In this document: piece by piece, positions 1 to 8,278 of the stretch
Layout of the letters: each line of letters starts with the position of its first letter
How positions within the stretch are numbered: the first letter of the stretch is position 1
Source of the DNA: Steroidobacteraceae bacterium
GTDB taxonomy: Bacteria; Pseudomonadota; Gammaproteobacteria; Steroidobacterales; Steroidobacteraceae
Assembly: GCA_035263105.1 (NCBI GenBank)
Contig: DATFRO010000021.1
Span: 41,254-105,253, forward strand
Direction: 5' to 3'
DNA length: 64,000 bases
The notes under the pieces: model-generated
The model's input: the letters and a program-made list of their open reading frames with translations, nothing else
Told to the model about the DNA's origin: nothing
Database searches by the model: none
Position numbers and translations under genes: made by a program

Positions 1-1133
1 CCGCGCTGCGCCGGCGCCGAGAAACTCGACGTCGTGGTGATGGCCTTCGGTGCCTCGGCCTTGAGCTCGAAACGATACAGGCGCCGCGTGCCTGCATCGT
101 CGATCGAGCCGATGAGCGAGCGCGAATCGGGCGCCCACTCGAGTTGATCCGCGGACCGGTCCCACTGCTCGGTGAGATTGCGAGTCTCACCGCTGCGCCG
201 GTCGAACAGCATCAGGCGCTGCTTGTCGGCGTAGAACCCCTTGATCTTCTGGCGCTCGAAGGCGATGTAGCGGCCATCGCCGCTGTACTGCGGCTCGGTG
301 TCGTCGGCCGCGTTGTCGGTGGTGAGATTGCGCGCCTCGCCGCCCGTGGCCGGCACGATGAACACGTCCGCGTTCGAGTCGATGCCGCTGCGATCGGTGT
401 CGGCAACGAACGCGACTTCCTTGCCGTCCGGTGAGATGTCGAAGCTGCGCGTGCTGGTTTCCAGCACCGACAGGTGAAAGCCCGTGCCGAGGGTGATCGG
501 CTGCGGTTCGCCGCCCTCGAGCGCGATCGAGTACACGTGCGGCTCGCGGTCCTCGATGAAATGATCCCAGTAGCTGAAGGGCGCCTTGTCCCACACCCGC
601 GCCGTCATCTTGGATTCGGCGCGTTCCTTCACGCGCTGCTCCTGCTCGCCCCAGCTCTTGAGGTCCGTCCACACCGCGCTGATGAAGGCGATGTGCTTCG
701 AATCCGCAAACCACTTCGGCGAGGAAACCCCTGTGGGCACGCGCGTGACGCGCCGCGCTTCACCGCCGTCGAGCGGGATGACGTAGAGCTGGCTGTCCTT
801 GTCTTCGCCGCGCTTGGAGATGAACGCGATCCACTTGCCGTCGGGACTGAAGTGCGGGTCGGTGTCCGAGGCGTCATCGCTGGTCAACTGGCGCGCCGCG
901 CCGCCCGCCGTCGGGATCAGCCACAGGTCGCTGAAACCCTTGTTCTTGCCGACGTCGTAACGCGTCACGGATGCGACCGCGAGCTTGCCGTCCGGCGAGA
1001 GGTCCGGATCACCCACGCGCAGAAGCTGCCACATGGTCTCGGCGGTGAGCACGGCATTGGCGGCGGGCTCGGCCTGCGCGAGGCCGCAGGCGAACAACAG
1101 GCAGCAACACAAGCGCGTCAACGAAATTCGCAT
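1..1133 (-). CDS. S9-family serine peptidase (prolyl oligopeptidase / acylaminoacyl-peptidase type), signal peptide plus N-terminal beta-propeller; C-terminal part lies beyond the window edge
   Basis: Own translation of the minus strand from ATG 1133-1131: MRISLTRLCCCLLFACGLAQAEPAANAVLTAETMWQLLRVGDPDLSPDGKLAVASV... with repeated SPDGK / GGEAR blade motifs typical of TolB-like propellers of S9 peptidases. The frame stays open to position 1, so it is absent from the ORF track. Confidence 0.7.
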   Translation of the reverse strand, partial: MRISLTRLCCCLLFACGLAQAEPAANAVLTAETMWQLLRVGDPDLSPDGKLAVASVTRYDVGKNKGFSDLWLIPTAGGAARQLTSDDASDTDPHFSPDGKWIAFISKRGEDKDSQLYVIPLDGGEARRVTRVPTGVSSPKWFADSKHIAFISAVWTDLKSWGEQEQRVKERAESKMTARVWDKAPFSYWDHFIEDREPHVYSIALEGGEPQPITLGTGFHLSVLETSTRSFDISPDGKEVAFVADTDRSGIDSNADVFIVPATGGEARNLTTDNAADDTEPQYSGDGRYIAFERQKIKGFYADKQRLMLFDRRSGETRNLTEQWDRSADQLEWAPDSRSLIGSIDDAGTRRLYRFELKAEAPKAITTTSSFSAPAQR

Positions 1134-1318
1134 CGGGCCTCTCCTGAAGATGGGCGCGCCGCGGCGATTGGCTGTTGGATTGGGCTCGCGGCGCAATGGG
1201 CGCGCATTCTGCCGCGCCGCCGCGGCCTTGCGCAATCCGCAGGTCGAAACGCTGCAGCGGCGCAACAGGACGCTCGAACGCAGGGTCGAGCGCCCGGCGC
1301 TTCAGGGGCGAAAGTGTT

Positions 1319-1708
1319 TCAGGCGAGGGCGTGACGGCGCTGGCGCCGCTCGCGCTGCAGGCGACGATCGGCAATCAGCGGGACGTGATCGCGTTGCCCG
1401 CGATCCTGGCGGCGGCGGCCCGGCCGCGAGCGGCGGTCCGCGTAGTGAACGTAGTAGCAGGTGCAGGTTTCGGCAGTGCAGCCGGGCACCGGGAGGGGCG
1501 GGGCGTGCTTCACCAGGAACCGTCGCCCGCGTACGGCCTCGCAACCCGCACAACACGCGTTATCGCCCCAGGGTTCGACGGCGACACTGTGAAAGCGCTG
1601 CTGCCTGCGAGCGGACCGGGTCGGGCGAGGCGGTGTGAGTACGAACCAGAGAGCTGCGACAGCGAGGCTGATTGTTATTGTTATTGCGCCTATCAGCATG
1701 GCACTCAT
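1319..1708 (-). CDS. hypothetical membrane-anchored Cys- and Arg-rich protein
   Basis: ORF track 129 aa. N-terminal hydrophobic helix MLIGAITITISLAVAALWFVL, then a Cys-rich stretch (CCAGC ... CTAETCTCYY) and an Arg-rich tail. No family recognised. Confidence 0.4.
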   Translation of the reverse strand: MSAMLIGAITITISLAVAALWFVLTPPRPTRSARRQQRFHSVAVEPWGDNACCAGCEAVRGRRFLVKHAPPLPVPGCTAETCTCYYVHYADRRSRPGRRRQDRGQRDHVPLIADRRLQRERRQRRHALA

Positions 1709-1830
1709 CGTATGAGCGCGGGGCCATCGGCGTCCACCGCTGTTTTGACAGAACGCGGGCGGCGCGGCACGCGCCGGCGGCAGAATCTGGAGTCCGTGAA
1801 CCAGCGCACGCGCAGCGCGCGCGGCCCCGG

Positions 1831-2814
1831 TCAGGTCTTCACCAATGATTTACCAAAGCTGCCGCCGCCCGCGACCTTGCACAGCTGCGCCGGCACGTTG
1901 GGCAGGCCGTCGACCACGTCTTCGTGGTAGCGGATGTGTCCTTCGGCGAACCAGGCGATCGCATCCTTGAGGAAGCCGTCGCGCCGGTGCTCGTGGTCCG
2001 GCACGACGAGCGGCAACACCCTGGCGCGTGCGCCCACCAGCGACTGGAGGTTGCGGGCGGGCGTGCCTTCCCCGTAGCGGGTCGGCGGCGCGCCCAGCAC
2101 GATGCGCCCGTTCGGCGCCAGGTGCCCGCCGGACATGACCGCGTTCAGCACTTCGCCGTCGACGGTGTCGAAGTACACATCGACACCCTTCGGCGCCACC
2201 TGCCGCAGGCGTTGCTCGAGCGGTTCGGCGCGATGATTGATGCACGAATTGAAGTGCGCTTCCTTCACGCACCACGCGCTCTCTTCGCGAGTGCCGGCGA
2301 TGCCGATGACCTTGCAGGCCTTGATGCGTGCGATCTGGCCCGCCATGGACCCGAGCGTGCCGGCGGCGCCGGACACGAGCACCGTTTCACCCTGCCGGAT
2401 CTGCGCCACGTCGAGGAGCCCGCAGTAGGCCGCCAGTCCCGGCATGCCCATCACGCCGAGCGCGGTGGAGAGCGGTGCGCTGCCGGTCTTTGCGCGATGC
2501 ACGTGCATGCCGTCGGAGACCGAGTAGTGCTGCATCCCGGCTTCCAGGACGACGACATCGCCGGCATTGAACACTTCGTTGCGCGAGTCGATGACTTCGC
2601 AGATCGCGCGCGCCGGCATCACATGCGCCGGCCGGAAGGTCGAGTGGTCGCTGGCGTGCAGGCGATCGACGGCCGAGTCGAGTGACAACCACTTCGCGCG
2701 GCAGAGGATTTCACCCTTGCCGGGTGTTGGCGCCTCGGTCTCGATCAGCTCGAAATCGGCGGGCTCGGGTGCGCCTTTCAGCGCCCTGCGGATCCGGACC
2801 TGCAGGTTTTTCAT
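1831..2814 (-). CDS. NADP-dependent oxidoreductase, medium-chain dehydrogenase/reductase family (YncB/CurA, alkenal reductase-like)
   Basis: 327 aa. Rossmann motif VLVSGAAGTLGSMAGQIA and overall layout of zinc-independent MDR enone reductases. Confidence 0.8.
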   Translation of the reverse strand: MKNLQVRIRRALKGAPEPADFELIETEAPTPGKGEILCRAKWLSLDSAVDRLHASDHSTFRPAHVMPARAICEVIDSRNEVFNAGDVVVLEAGMQHYSVSDGMHVHRAKTGSAPLSTALGVMGMPGLAAYCGLLDVAQIRQGETVLVSGAAGTLGSMAGQIARIKACKVIGIAGTREESAWCVKEAHFNSCINHRAEPLEQRLRQVAPKGVDVYFDTVDGEVLNAVMSGGHLAPNGRIVLGAPPTRYGEGTPARNLQSLVGARARVLPLVVPDHEHRRDGFLKDAIAWFAEGHIRYHEDVVDGLPNVPAQLCKVAGGGSFGKSLVKT

Positions 2815-2929
2815 CGCACCTCAGGCTACCGCCCGAGGCGCGAAAGGTGAAGTGTGCTCGCGTCGCCACCCGCCGGACCGGCCCGTCAGTCCCGGAATCG
2901 GGGCCGGCCGGCGGGCAGCTTCTTTGGTA

Positions 2930-3295
2930 TTACTTCTCGAGCCGGTTGCGCGCCTCGGCGTATTCGCGGCTGTCGAGCTTGCCGTCATGGTTGGCATCGA
3001 CATCGCTGAAGATCGCCGCGAGACCGGGCTGGTCCTTCGCTTCTTCCTGGCTGACCACGCCGTCGCCGTTCACGTCGAGCGTGCTGAACTCGGGCAGCTG
3101 TGTCGCCGCCTGCGGCTCTTCATTCATCGGCGTCGCGTCGGAGGAAGGTGCAGTCGAAGGCTCCGTCGACGGTGCGGTCGAAGGAGAAGTCGACGGGGCC
3201 GTGGGGGGCTGCTCCGACGGGGGCGGATCACCCGCGTACACGGCGCCGGTGCTGAGCAATGCCGCGAGCGCGGCGAACTTGATACGGGTCTTCAT
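2930..3295 (-). CDS. secreted EF-hand calcium-binding protein
   Basis: Signal peptide MKTRIKFAALAALLSTGAVYA, a Pro/Ser/Thr-rich linker and two EF-hand loops (DVNGDGVVSQEE, DANHDGKLDSRE). The start at 3295 is preferred over 3316 because of a GAGGA Shine-Dalgarno 7 nt upstream. Confidence 0.8.
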   Translation of the reverse strand: MKTRIKFAALAALLSTGAVYAGDPPPSEQPPTAPSTSPSTAPSTEPSTAPSSDATPMNEEPQAATQLPEFSTLDVNGDGVVSQEEAKDQPGLAAIFSDVDANHDGKLDSREYAEARNRLEK

Positions 3296-3366
3296 AAGCA
3301 TGTCCTCGTTTTGCAATATTTACCTGGCGGCGCCGCGTACTGGTCGGTGCCTCGCAGGGGTTGCGG

Positions 3367-3382
3367 AGCAAGGGCCATGCCA
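3367..3382 (-). promoter_or_regulatory. sigma54 (-24/-12) promoter upstream of the EF-hand gene
   Basis: Minus strand reads TGGCAT-GGCCC-TTGCT, with GG-N10-GC spacing exact. It is intergenic, about 70 nt upstream of ATG 3295, and divergent from glrK. Confidence 0.65.
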
Positions 3383-3538
3383 CGCCGGGCGAAACTACTG
3401 GCTTCAAGCGCTTAGCCGCCGCTGAGCGCCGTGCGGCGTGTGCCGCGCGCCGCCGCAGCGTCGTCAACAGGCAACGCATTTGAACCGCGGAGCGCTTTGC
3501 GCAGTCCCATTGGCGCGAGGCGTGCAGGGAATCGGGTG

Positions 3539-4984
3539 ATGCGACGGCCGAGATCGATTGTCCGGCTGATACTGATCGGGTTCGCCGCCGTAGCCGTGCC
3601 GCTGATCGCGGCGGTGGTCACCGCCGTCGTGCAGGTGGACCGCCTCGCGCAGCGTAATCGCGCCGCGGTGCTCGATGCCGAGAACGCCACGCACGAGAGC
3701 CGTGCGCTGATCGAGTACCTCACCACCATGGAGCGCAGCCTCGGCCAATATGGAGTGTTTCGTGACCGGGATTTCTACCTGACGTACCTGGACGCACGGC
3801 GCGAATTCCAGTCGGCGGCGCAGCGGCTGGGTGCACTGAACCTGAATGCGATCCTGCGCCGCCAGCTCGGCGAGCTGGTGCAGTCGGAGGCCGAGCTCAA
3901 TCGCTCGGTGCTGACGCCGGGCGGCGAGCCGATCGACTCCGCCAGCCCGCGCGACACCGCCGATGCGTGGGCCGCACTCAACGCGCGGGCGCGTTCCATT
4001 CTTGCCGAGAGCAGCAAGCTGATCGAAAGCCATGCGAGCCGTGCCAAGGACATGTCGACCGATCTGCAACGCACCCTGCTGCTGCAGGCGGCCGCCGCCG
4101 TACCCGTGGCGGTGCTGCTCGCCATCGTGTTCGTCGTGCTGATCACGCGCCCACTGCGGCAGATCGAAAGCGAGATCCGGCGGCTCGGGTCCGGCGACTT
4201 CGCGGCGAGCGTCGCGGTGCGCGGCCCGCGCGACCTCGAGGAACTCGGCAGCCGCCTCGACTGGCTGCGCCGGCGCATCCTCGAGCTGGAGGAGCAGAAG
4301 GCGACGTTCCTGCGCCACATCAGCCACGAGCTCAAGACACCGCTCACGACCTTGCGCGAAGGGTCGGAACTGCTGCTCGACGATGACGCGCGCGGCCTCA
4401 ACGCGGAACAGCTCGAAATCGCCTACATCATGCGCGACAGCGGCGTGCAGCTGCAGCGCCTCATCGAGGACCTGCTCGAATTCGGGCGCACGCAGGTGCC
4501 GCGCGCCGGGGCGACACAACGCGCGCAGGTGGCGCTCGATGATGTGGTGCGCAGTGCGCTCGAGGGGCAGAGCCTGGTGAAGACCGCCAAGGCGCTCACC
4601 ATCGAGGCGCAGCTCGCACCCGCGGTCCTGCAGGGCGACCAGGGGCAGCTGCGCATCCTGGTCGACAACCTGCTGTCGAACGCCGTCAAGTACACGCCGG
4701 CGCACGGCCGCATCCTCGTGAGCCTCGCGAGGAACGATACCGACGTCACGCTCGAAGTCGCCGACAACGGGCCCGGCATCGATGCGGACGAGCGCGAGCG
4801 TGTGTTCGAGCCTTTCTACCAGGGCCGCGCGCCCTACCAGGGCCATGTGCAGGGCACGGGCCTCGGGCTCGCGATCGCGCGCCAGTACGCCGAAGCGCAC
4901 GACGGCTCGATCGACATCGCTGACTCTCCTCTCGGGCAGGGCGCCTGTGTGCGCGTGCGCTTTCGGCTCGCGCGGGCGGCATGA
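3539..4984 (+). CDS. glrK: sensor histidine kinase GlrK/QseE type (TM-HAMP-HisKA-HATPase)
   Basis: H-box FLRHISHELKTPLTTLREGSELLLDD closely parallels E. coli GlrK FLRHLSHELKTPLASMREGTELLADQ. The C-terminal G-boxes are present. Gene order kinase-lipoprotein-sigma54 regulator matches glrK-qseG-glrR. The ATG at 3539 is preferred to the upstream alternative start at 3431. Confidence 0.8.
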   Translation: MRRPRSIVRLILIGFAAVAVPLIAAVVTAVVQVDRLAQRNRAAVLDAENATHESRALIEYLTTMERSLGQYGVFRDRDFYLTYLDARREFQSAAQRLGALNLNAILRRQLGELVQSEAELNRSVLTPGGEPIDSASPRDTADAWAALNARARSILAESSKLIESHASRAKDMSTDLQRTLLLQAAAAVPVAVLLAIVFVVLITRPLRQIESEIRRLGSGDFAASVAVRGPRDLEELGSRLDWLRRRILELEEQKATFLRHISHELKTPLTTLREGSELLLDDDARGLNAEQLEIAYIMRDSGVQLQRLIEDLLEFGRTQVPRAGATQRAQVALDDVVRSALEGQSLVKTAKALTIEAQLAPAVLQGDQGQLRILVDNLLSNAVKYTPAHGRILVSLARNDTDVTLEVADNGPGIDADERERVFEPFYQGRAPYQGHVQGTGLGLAIARQYAEAHDGSIDIADSPLGQGACVRVRFRLARAA

Positions 4985-5572
4985 ATGAGTGCCGTGCGTC
5001 GCCTGTCGATCGGGTTCGCAACGCTGCTGCTCGCGGCGTGTCACTCGCATCCGCCGAAGTCGGATAAGCCCGAGCACGCCTCGAGCGAGATGGTGCTCGC
5101 CGGCCTCAGCAGCTATGCGCGGAACGTGCGCCAGGAAGATGACGCGGGACTCGCCGCCGAGAAGACGCGACTGGATGCGCTGCCCAAATCGGCGGCGCGC
5201 GATCTGCGGCTCGCGATGCTGCTCGACCAGGAACGGAGCGCGCTGTACGACCCGGGGCGCGCCTCGCAATTGCTCGACGATGCGGCGCATGCCAGCGCCG
5301 CGGAGCCCGCGGAGCGCGCCTTCGCGGACATGCTGCTCGCGACCGCGGGCGCCGAGCCGCGCTCCTGCAGCGAAACCGGTTTCACGCAGGACCTGGTGCA
5401 GAAGCTCGCGGACGAGGAGCAGCGGCGCACCGAGCTCACCACGCGACTCGAGAACACGCGCCAGGAGCTCGAGGCCGAGCGCACGCAGCGCGTGAAGCTC
5501 GAGAAGCAGCTCGAGGCGCTCAAGTCGATCGAAACGCAGATCAAGAACCGGGAGAACGATGCGGGGCACTGA
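4985..5572 (+). CDS. qseG: QseG/YfhG-like lipoprotein encoded between kinase and regulator
   Basis: Lipobox LLLAAC. The C-terminal coiled segment QLEALKSIETQIKNRE resembles E. coli QseG KLENLTDIERQLSTRK. Its position between glrK and glrR fits. It abuts the glrK stop and overlaps the glrR start by 14 nt. Confidence 0.65.
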   Translation: MSAVRRLSIGFATLLLAACHSHPPKSDKPEHASSEMVLAGLSSYARNVRQEDDAGLAAEKTRLDALPKSAARDLRLAMLLDQERSALYDPGRASQLLDDAAHASAAEPAERAFADMLLATAGAEPRSCSETGFTQDLVQKLADEEQRRTELTTRLENTRQELEAERTQRVKLEKQLEALKSIETQIKNRENDAGH

Positions 5573-6983
5573 AGTCAGCAGCCAGCCGGCGCGCATCCTG
5601 ATCGTCGACGACGACGTGAAGCTGCTGCGCCTGCTCGCGATCCGACTGCGGCGCGCCGGCTGGATCATTGAGACCGCTGAGGACGGCCGCCAGGCGCTCG
5701 CCGCGATCCCGGGCTTCCGCCCGCAAGTGGTCGTGACCGACGTGCGCATGGGCGGGATGGACGGCATGGCACTGTTCGAAGCGCTGCGTTCGCAGCACCC
5801 GACGCTCCCCGTGATCATTCTCACCGCGCACGGCACGATCCCGGACGCGGTCGACGCCGCGCAGCGCGGCGTCTTCGCCTACCTCACCAAGCCCTTCGAC
5901 AGCGAGCGGCTGACGGAAACGATCGGCAAGGCGCTGCGCGCGTCGGGCTCACAGGGCAACGGCGGTGGCGATGTCGCCGGCCAGTGGCGCGCCGAGATCG
6001 TCACCCGCAGCCCTGCAATGGAGGCACTGCTCGGCGCCGCTCGCAAGGTGGCGCACACCGATTCGAGCGTGCTGATCCAGGGCGAGAGCGGCACCGGCAA
6101 GGAATTGCTGGCGCGTGCCATTCACCGCGCCAGTCGCCGCCACGACCAGCCTTTCATCGCGGTGAACTGCAGCGCGATTCCCGAGGCGCTGTTCGAGTCG
6201 GAGTTCTTCGGCCATCGCAAGGGCTCCTTTACCGGCGCGATCGAGAGTCGCGTGGGCCTGATCCAGTCGGCGCACCAGGGGAGCCTCTTGCTGGATGAGA
6301 TCGGCGACATGCCGCTGACGTTTCAGTCGAAGCTCCTGCGCGCGTTGCAGGAGCGTGAAGTACGCCCGGTGGGCGCGATGGATCCGCTGCCGGTGGACGT
6401 GCGGGTGATCGCGGCGAGTCACCAGGACCTGGAGCTCGCGGTGCGCGAGCGGCGCTTTCGCGAGGACCTCTACTACCGCATCAACGTGGTGACGCTGGAG
6501 ATTCCCGCGCTCGGCTCGCGCCGCGAAGACATCCCGCTGCTCGCGACGCACTTCCTCGCCGCGATCCGCGCCAAGCTCGCCGATACCGCGGTCGACGTGA
6601 GCGGCTTCTCTTCGGAAGCCATGGAACTGCTGGTCTCCGCGCCCTGGCCCGGGAACATCCGCCAGCTCCGCAACGTCGTCGAACAATGCGTGGTGCTCGC
6701 CACCACGCCGCTGATCCCGGCCTCCCTGGTGCAGAAGGCCTTGCGCAGCAAGCCGCGCGAGTTCCTGCCGTTCGCCCGTGCGCGCGACAACTTCGAATTC
6801 GACTACCTCGTGAACCTGCTACAGATGACGCTCGGCAACGTCGCGCAGGCGGCGCGCCTCGCGGATCGCAATCGCTCCGAGTTCTACAAGCTCCTGCGCA
6901 AGCACAACCTCGATCCGCAGGTGTTTCGCAGCGACGAAGGCGCCGCGGCGCCTGGAAAAACCGACCGCCTGGAGCGGCAGTAA
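5559..6983 (+). CDS. glrR: sigma54-dependent response regulator GlrR/QseF (REC-AAA+-Fis HTH)
   Basis: The receiver segment ILTAHGTIPDAVDAAQRGVFAYLTKP is near-identical in pattern to E. coli GlrR ILTAHGSIPDAVAATQQGVFSFLTKP. It also has Walker A GESGTGKE, the GAFTGA-like loop GSFTGA and a C-terminal HTH. Confidence 0.85.
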   Translation: MRGTEVSSQPARILIVDDDVKLLRLLAIRLRRAGWIIETAEDGRQALAAIPGFRPQVVVTDVRMGGMDGMALFEALRSQHPTLPVIILTAHGTIPDAVDAAQRGVFAYLTKPFDSERLTETIGKALRASGSQGNGGGDVAGQWRAEIVTRSPAMEALLGAARKVAHTDSSVLIQGESGTGKELLARAIHRASRRHDQPFIAVNCSAIPEALFESEFFGHRKGSFTGAIESRVGLIQSAHQGSLLLDEIGDMPLTFQSKLLRALQEREVRPVGAMDPLPVDVRVIAASHQDLELAVRERRFREDLYYRINVVTLEIPALGSRREDIPLLATHFLAAIRAKLADTAVDVSGFSSEAMELLVSAPWPGNIRQLRNVVEQCVVLATTPLIPASLVQKALRSKPREFLPFARARDNFEFDYLVNLLQMTLGNVAQAARLADRNRSEFYKLLRKHNLDPQVFRSDEGAAAPGKTDRLERQ

Positions 6984-7000
6984 CTACATGTAGGAAGGAA

Positions 7001-7035
7001 GCGGACACCGTCCGCGGGAGCGAAGCGGTGTCCGC
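7001..7035. terminator. GC-rich hairpin between convergent glrR and a small ORF (bidirectional terminator candidate)
   Basis: GCGGACACC (7001-7009) pairs with GGTGTCCGC (7027-7035). It lies between the glrR stop (6983) and the stop of the minus-strand ORF (7049). Confidence 0.55.
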
Positions 7036-7048
7036 GATTCGGCTTCGA

Positions 7049-7240
7049 TCAGCCCGGCGGAGTGCCGGTCTCGTCGTCGTCCTCGTCCGACGACGGATTG
7101 CGACGCGGATCGCCCGGGTTGTTGCGCTTCCTGCGCTCTTCCTCTTCGCGCTCGCGCCGCGTCTGCTGGTCTCCACCACCCGGGGTGTTGCCCGGATTGT
7201 TGGGCTTCTGCGGGTTGTGCGTTGGATTCTGGTTCGCCAT
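7049..7240 (-). CDS. small (63 aa) highly hydrophilic, charged, probably disordered protein
   Basis: MANQNPTHNPQKPNNPGNTPGGGDQQTRREREEEERRKRNNPGDPRRNPSSDEDDDETGTPPG. It has a high-GC third-position codon pattern, a GGAG Shine-Dalgarno 8 nt before the ATG and a sigma54 promoter about 66 nt upstream. It is the C-terminal part of the 397-aa track ORF, whose remainder is antisense to the M48 gene. Confidence 0.55.
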   Translation of the reverse strand: MANQNPTHNPQKPNNPGNTPGGGDQQTRREREEEERRKRNNPGDPRRNPSSDEDDDETGTPPG

Positions 7241-7305
7241 GACAATTACTCCATTGTGTAACGGTTCCATTCCGGACTGTGCCTTCCGGTGGCACCGGGG
7301 AAACT

Positions 7306-7321
7306 TGCAGGGTCCGTGCCA
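7306..7321 (-). promoter_or_regulatory. sigma54 (-24/-12) promoter upstream of the 63-aa hydrophilic protein gene
   Basis: Minus strand reads TGGCAC-GGACC-CTGCA, GG-N10-GC exact, intergenic. Confidence 0.6.
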
Positions 7322-7432
7322 CGCATGCATTTGCCAACCGCGCTTCATTACAATCCGCAGCCTGCGGCGGTCATGGGAACCTGAACGTTGCGGACCGGCT
7401 CCAAAATAAGGGTACGAACAGTGGAGAGCGGA

Positions 7433-8248
7433 ATGAATCGAGTGAAGCGGATCGCGGTGCTGCTGCTTGCCGGAGGGGCACTGCTCGCCGGTTGCCAGAC
7501 CGTCCAGACCACCGCGCCCGGCGCAATCGGCATCGAGCGCAAGCAGCAGATGCTCGTGTCCGAGGAGCAGGTGGACCAGGCCGCGGCGCAGGCTTACGCG
7601 GGCGAACTGCAGAAGGCACGCGAGGCGGGCAAGCTCAACAGCAACCCGCAGGTCGTGCAGCGTGTGCGCACTGTCTCGGAGCGCCTGATCCCGCAGACGG
7701 CGACGTTCCGGCCCGACGCGCCCGGCTGGAAATGGGAAGTGAACGTACTCAGCACCAAGGAGCTCAACGCCTACTGCATGCCGGGCGGCAAGATCATGGT
7801 GTACACGGGGCTGATCGACCAGCTCAAGCTGAGCGACGATGAGCTCTCCGCGGTGATCGGCCACGAGATCGGGCACGCGCTGCGTGAGCACAGCCGCGAG
7901 CGCGTGTCGCGCGCCTACGCGCAACAGATCGCGCTCAGCGGCGTCGCGGCCGCCGCGGGACTGGGGCAGGGCACGCTCGATCTCGCCAACCAGATCGCCG
8001 ATGTCACCTTCCAGCTGCCACACAGCCGTGAACAGGAAGCCGAGGCGGATCGCATCGGCCTGGAACTGATGGCGCGCGCCGGCTACGACCCGCACGCGGC
8101 CATCAACGTGTGGAAAAAGATGGAACAGCAGAACCAGAGCTCGCCGCCGGAATTCCTGAGCACCCACCCTTCGAGCCAGTCGCGAATTTCCGACCTCGAA
8201 GCCGCGCTCCCGCGCGTGCTGCCGCTCTACCAGGCCGCGCATCGCTAG
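7433..8248 (+). CDS. M48-family zinc metallopeptidase lipoprotein (LoiP/YcaL-like)
   Basis: Lipobox LLAGC, zinc motif HEIGHALREH, and downstream EQEAEADRIGLELMARAGYDP typical of M48. The start at MNRVKR is preferred. Confidence 0.85.
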   Translation: MNRVKRIAVLLLAGGALLAGCQTVQTTAPGAIGIERKQQMLVSEEQVDQAAAQAYAGELQKAREAGKLNSNPQVVQRVRTVSERLIPQTATFRPDAPGWKWEVNVLSTKELNAYCMPGGKIMVYTGLIDQLKLSDDELSAVIGHEIGHALREHSRERVSRAYAQQIALSGVAAAAGLGQGTLDLANQIADVTFQLPHSREQEAEADRIGLELMARAGYDPHAAINVWKKMEQQNQSSPPEFLSTHPSSQSRISDLEAALPRVLPLYQAAHR

Positions 8249-8278
8249 GGTAGGTCTGTGCCGACCTGCTCACACTGA

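Noticed and set aside
3464-5836. 790-aa ORF on the minus strand spanning the glrK-qseG-glrR region
   Set aside because: It is antisense to three genes with clear family motifs. Its Arg/Ala/Gly-rich composition is typical of shadow ORFs in high-GC DNA, and no domain motifs are recognisable.
7290-7310. Plus-strand TGGCAC ... TTGCA upstream of the M48 peptidase gene
   Set aside because: The spacing between the GG and GC dinucleotides is 14 nt instead of the obligatory 10. The real match in this region is on the minus strand (7306-7321).
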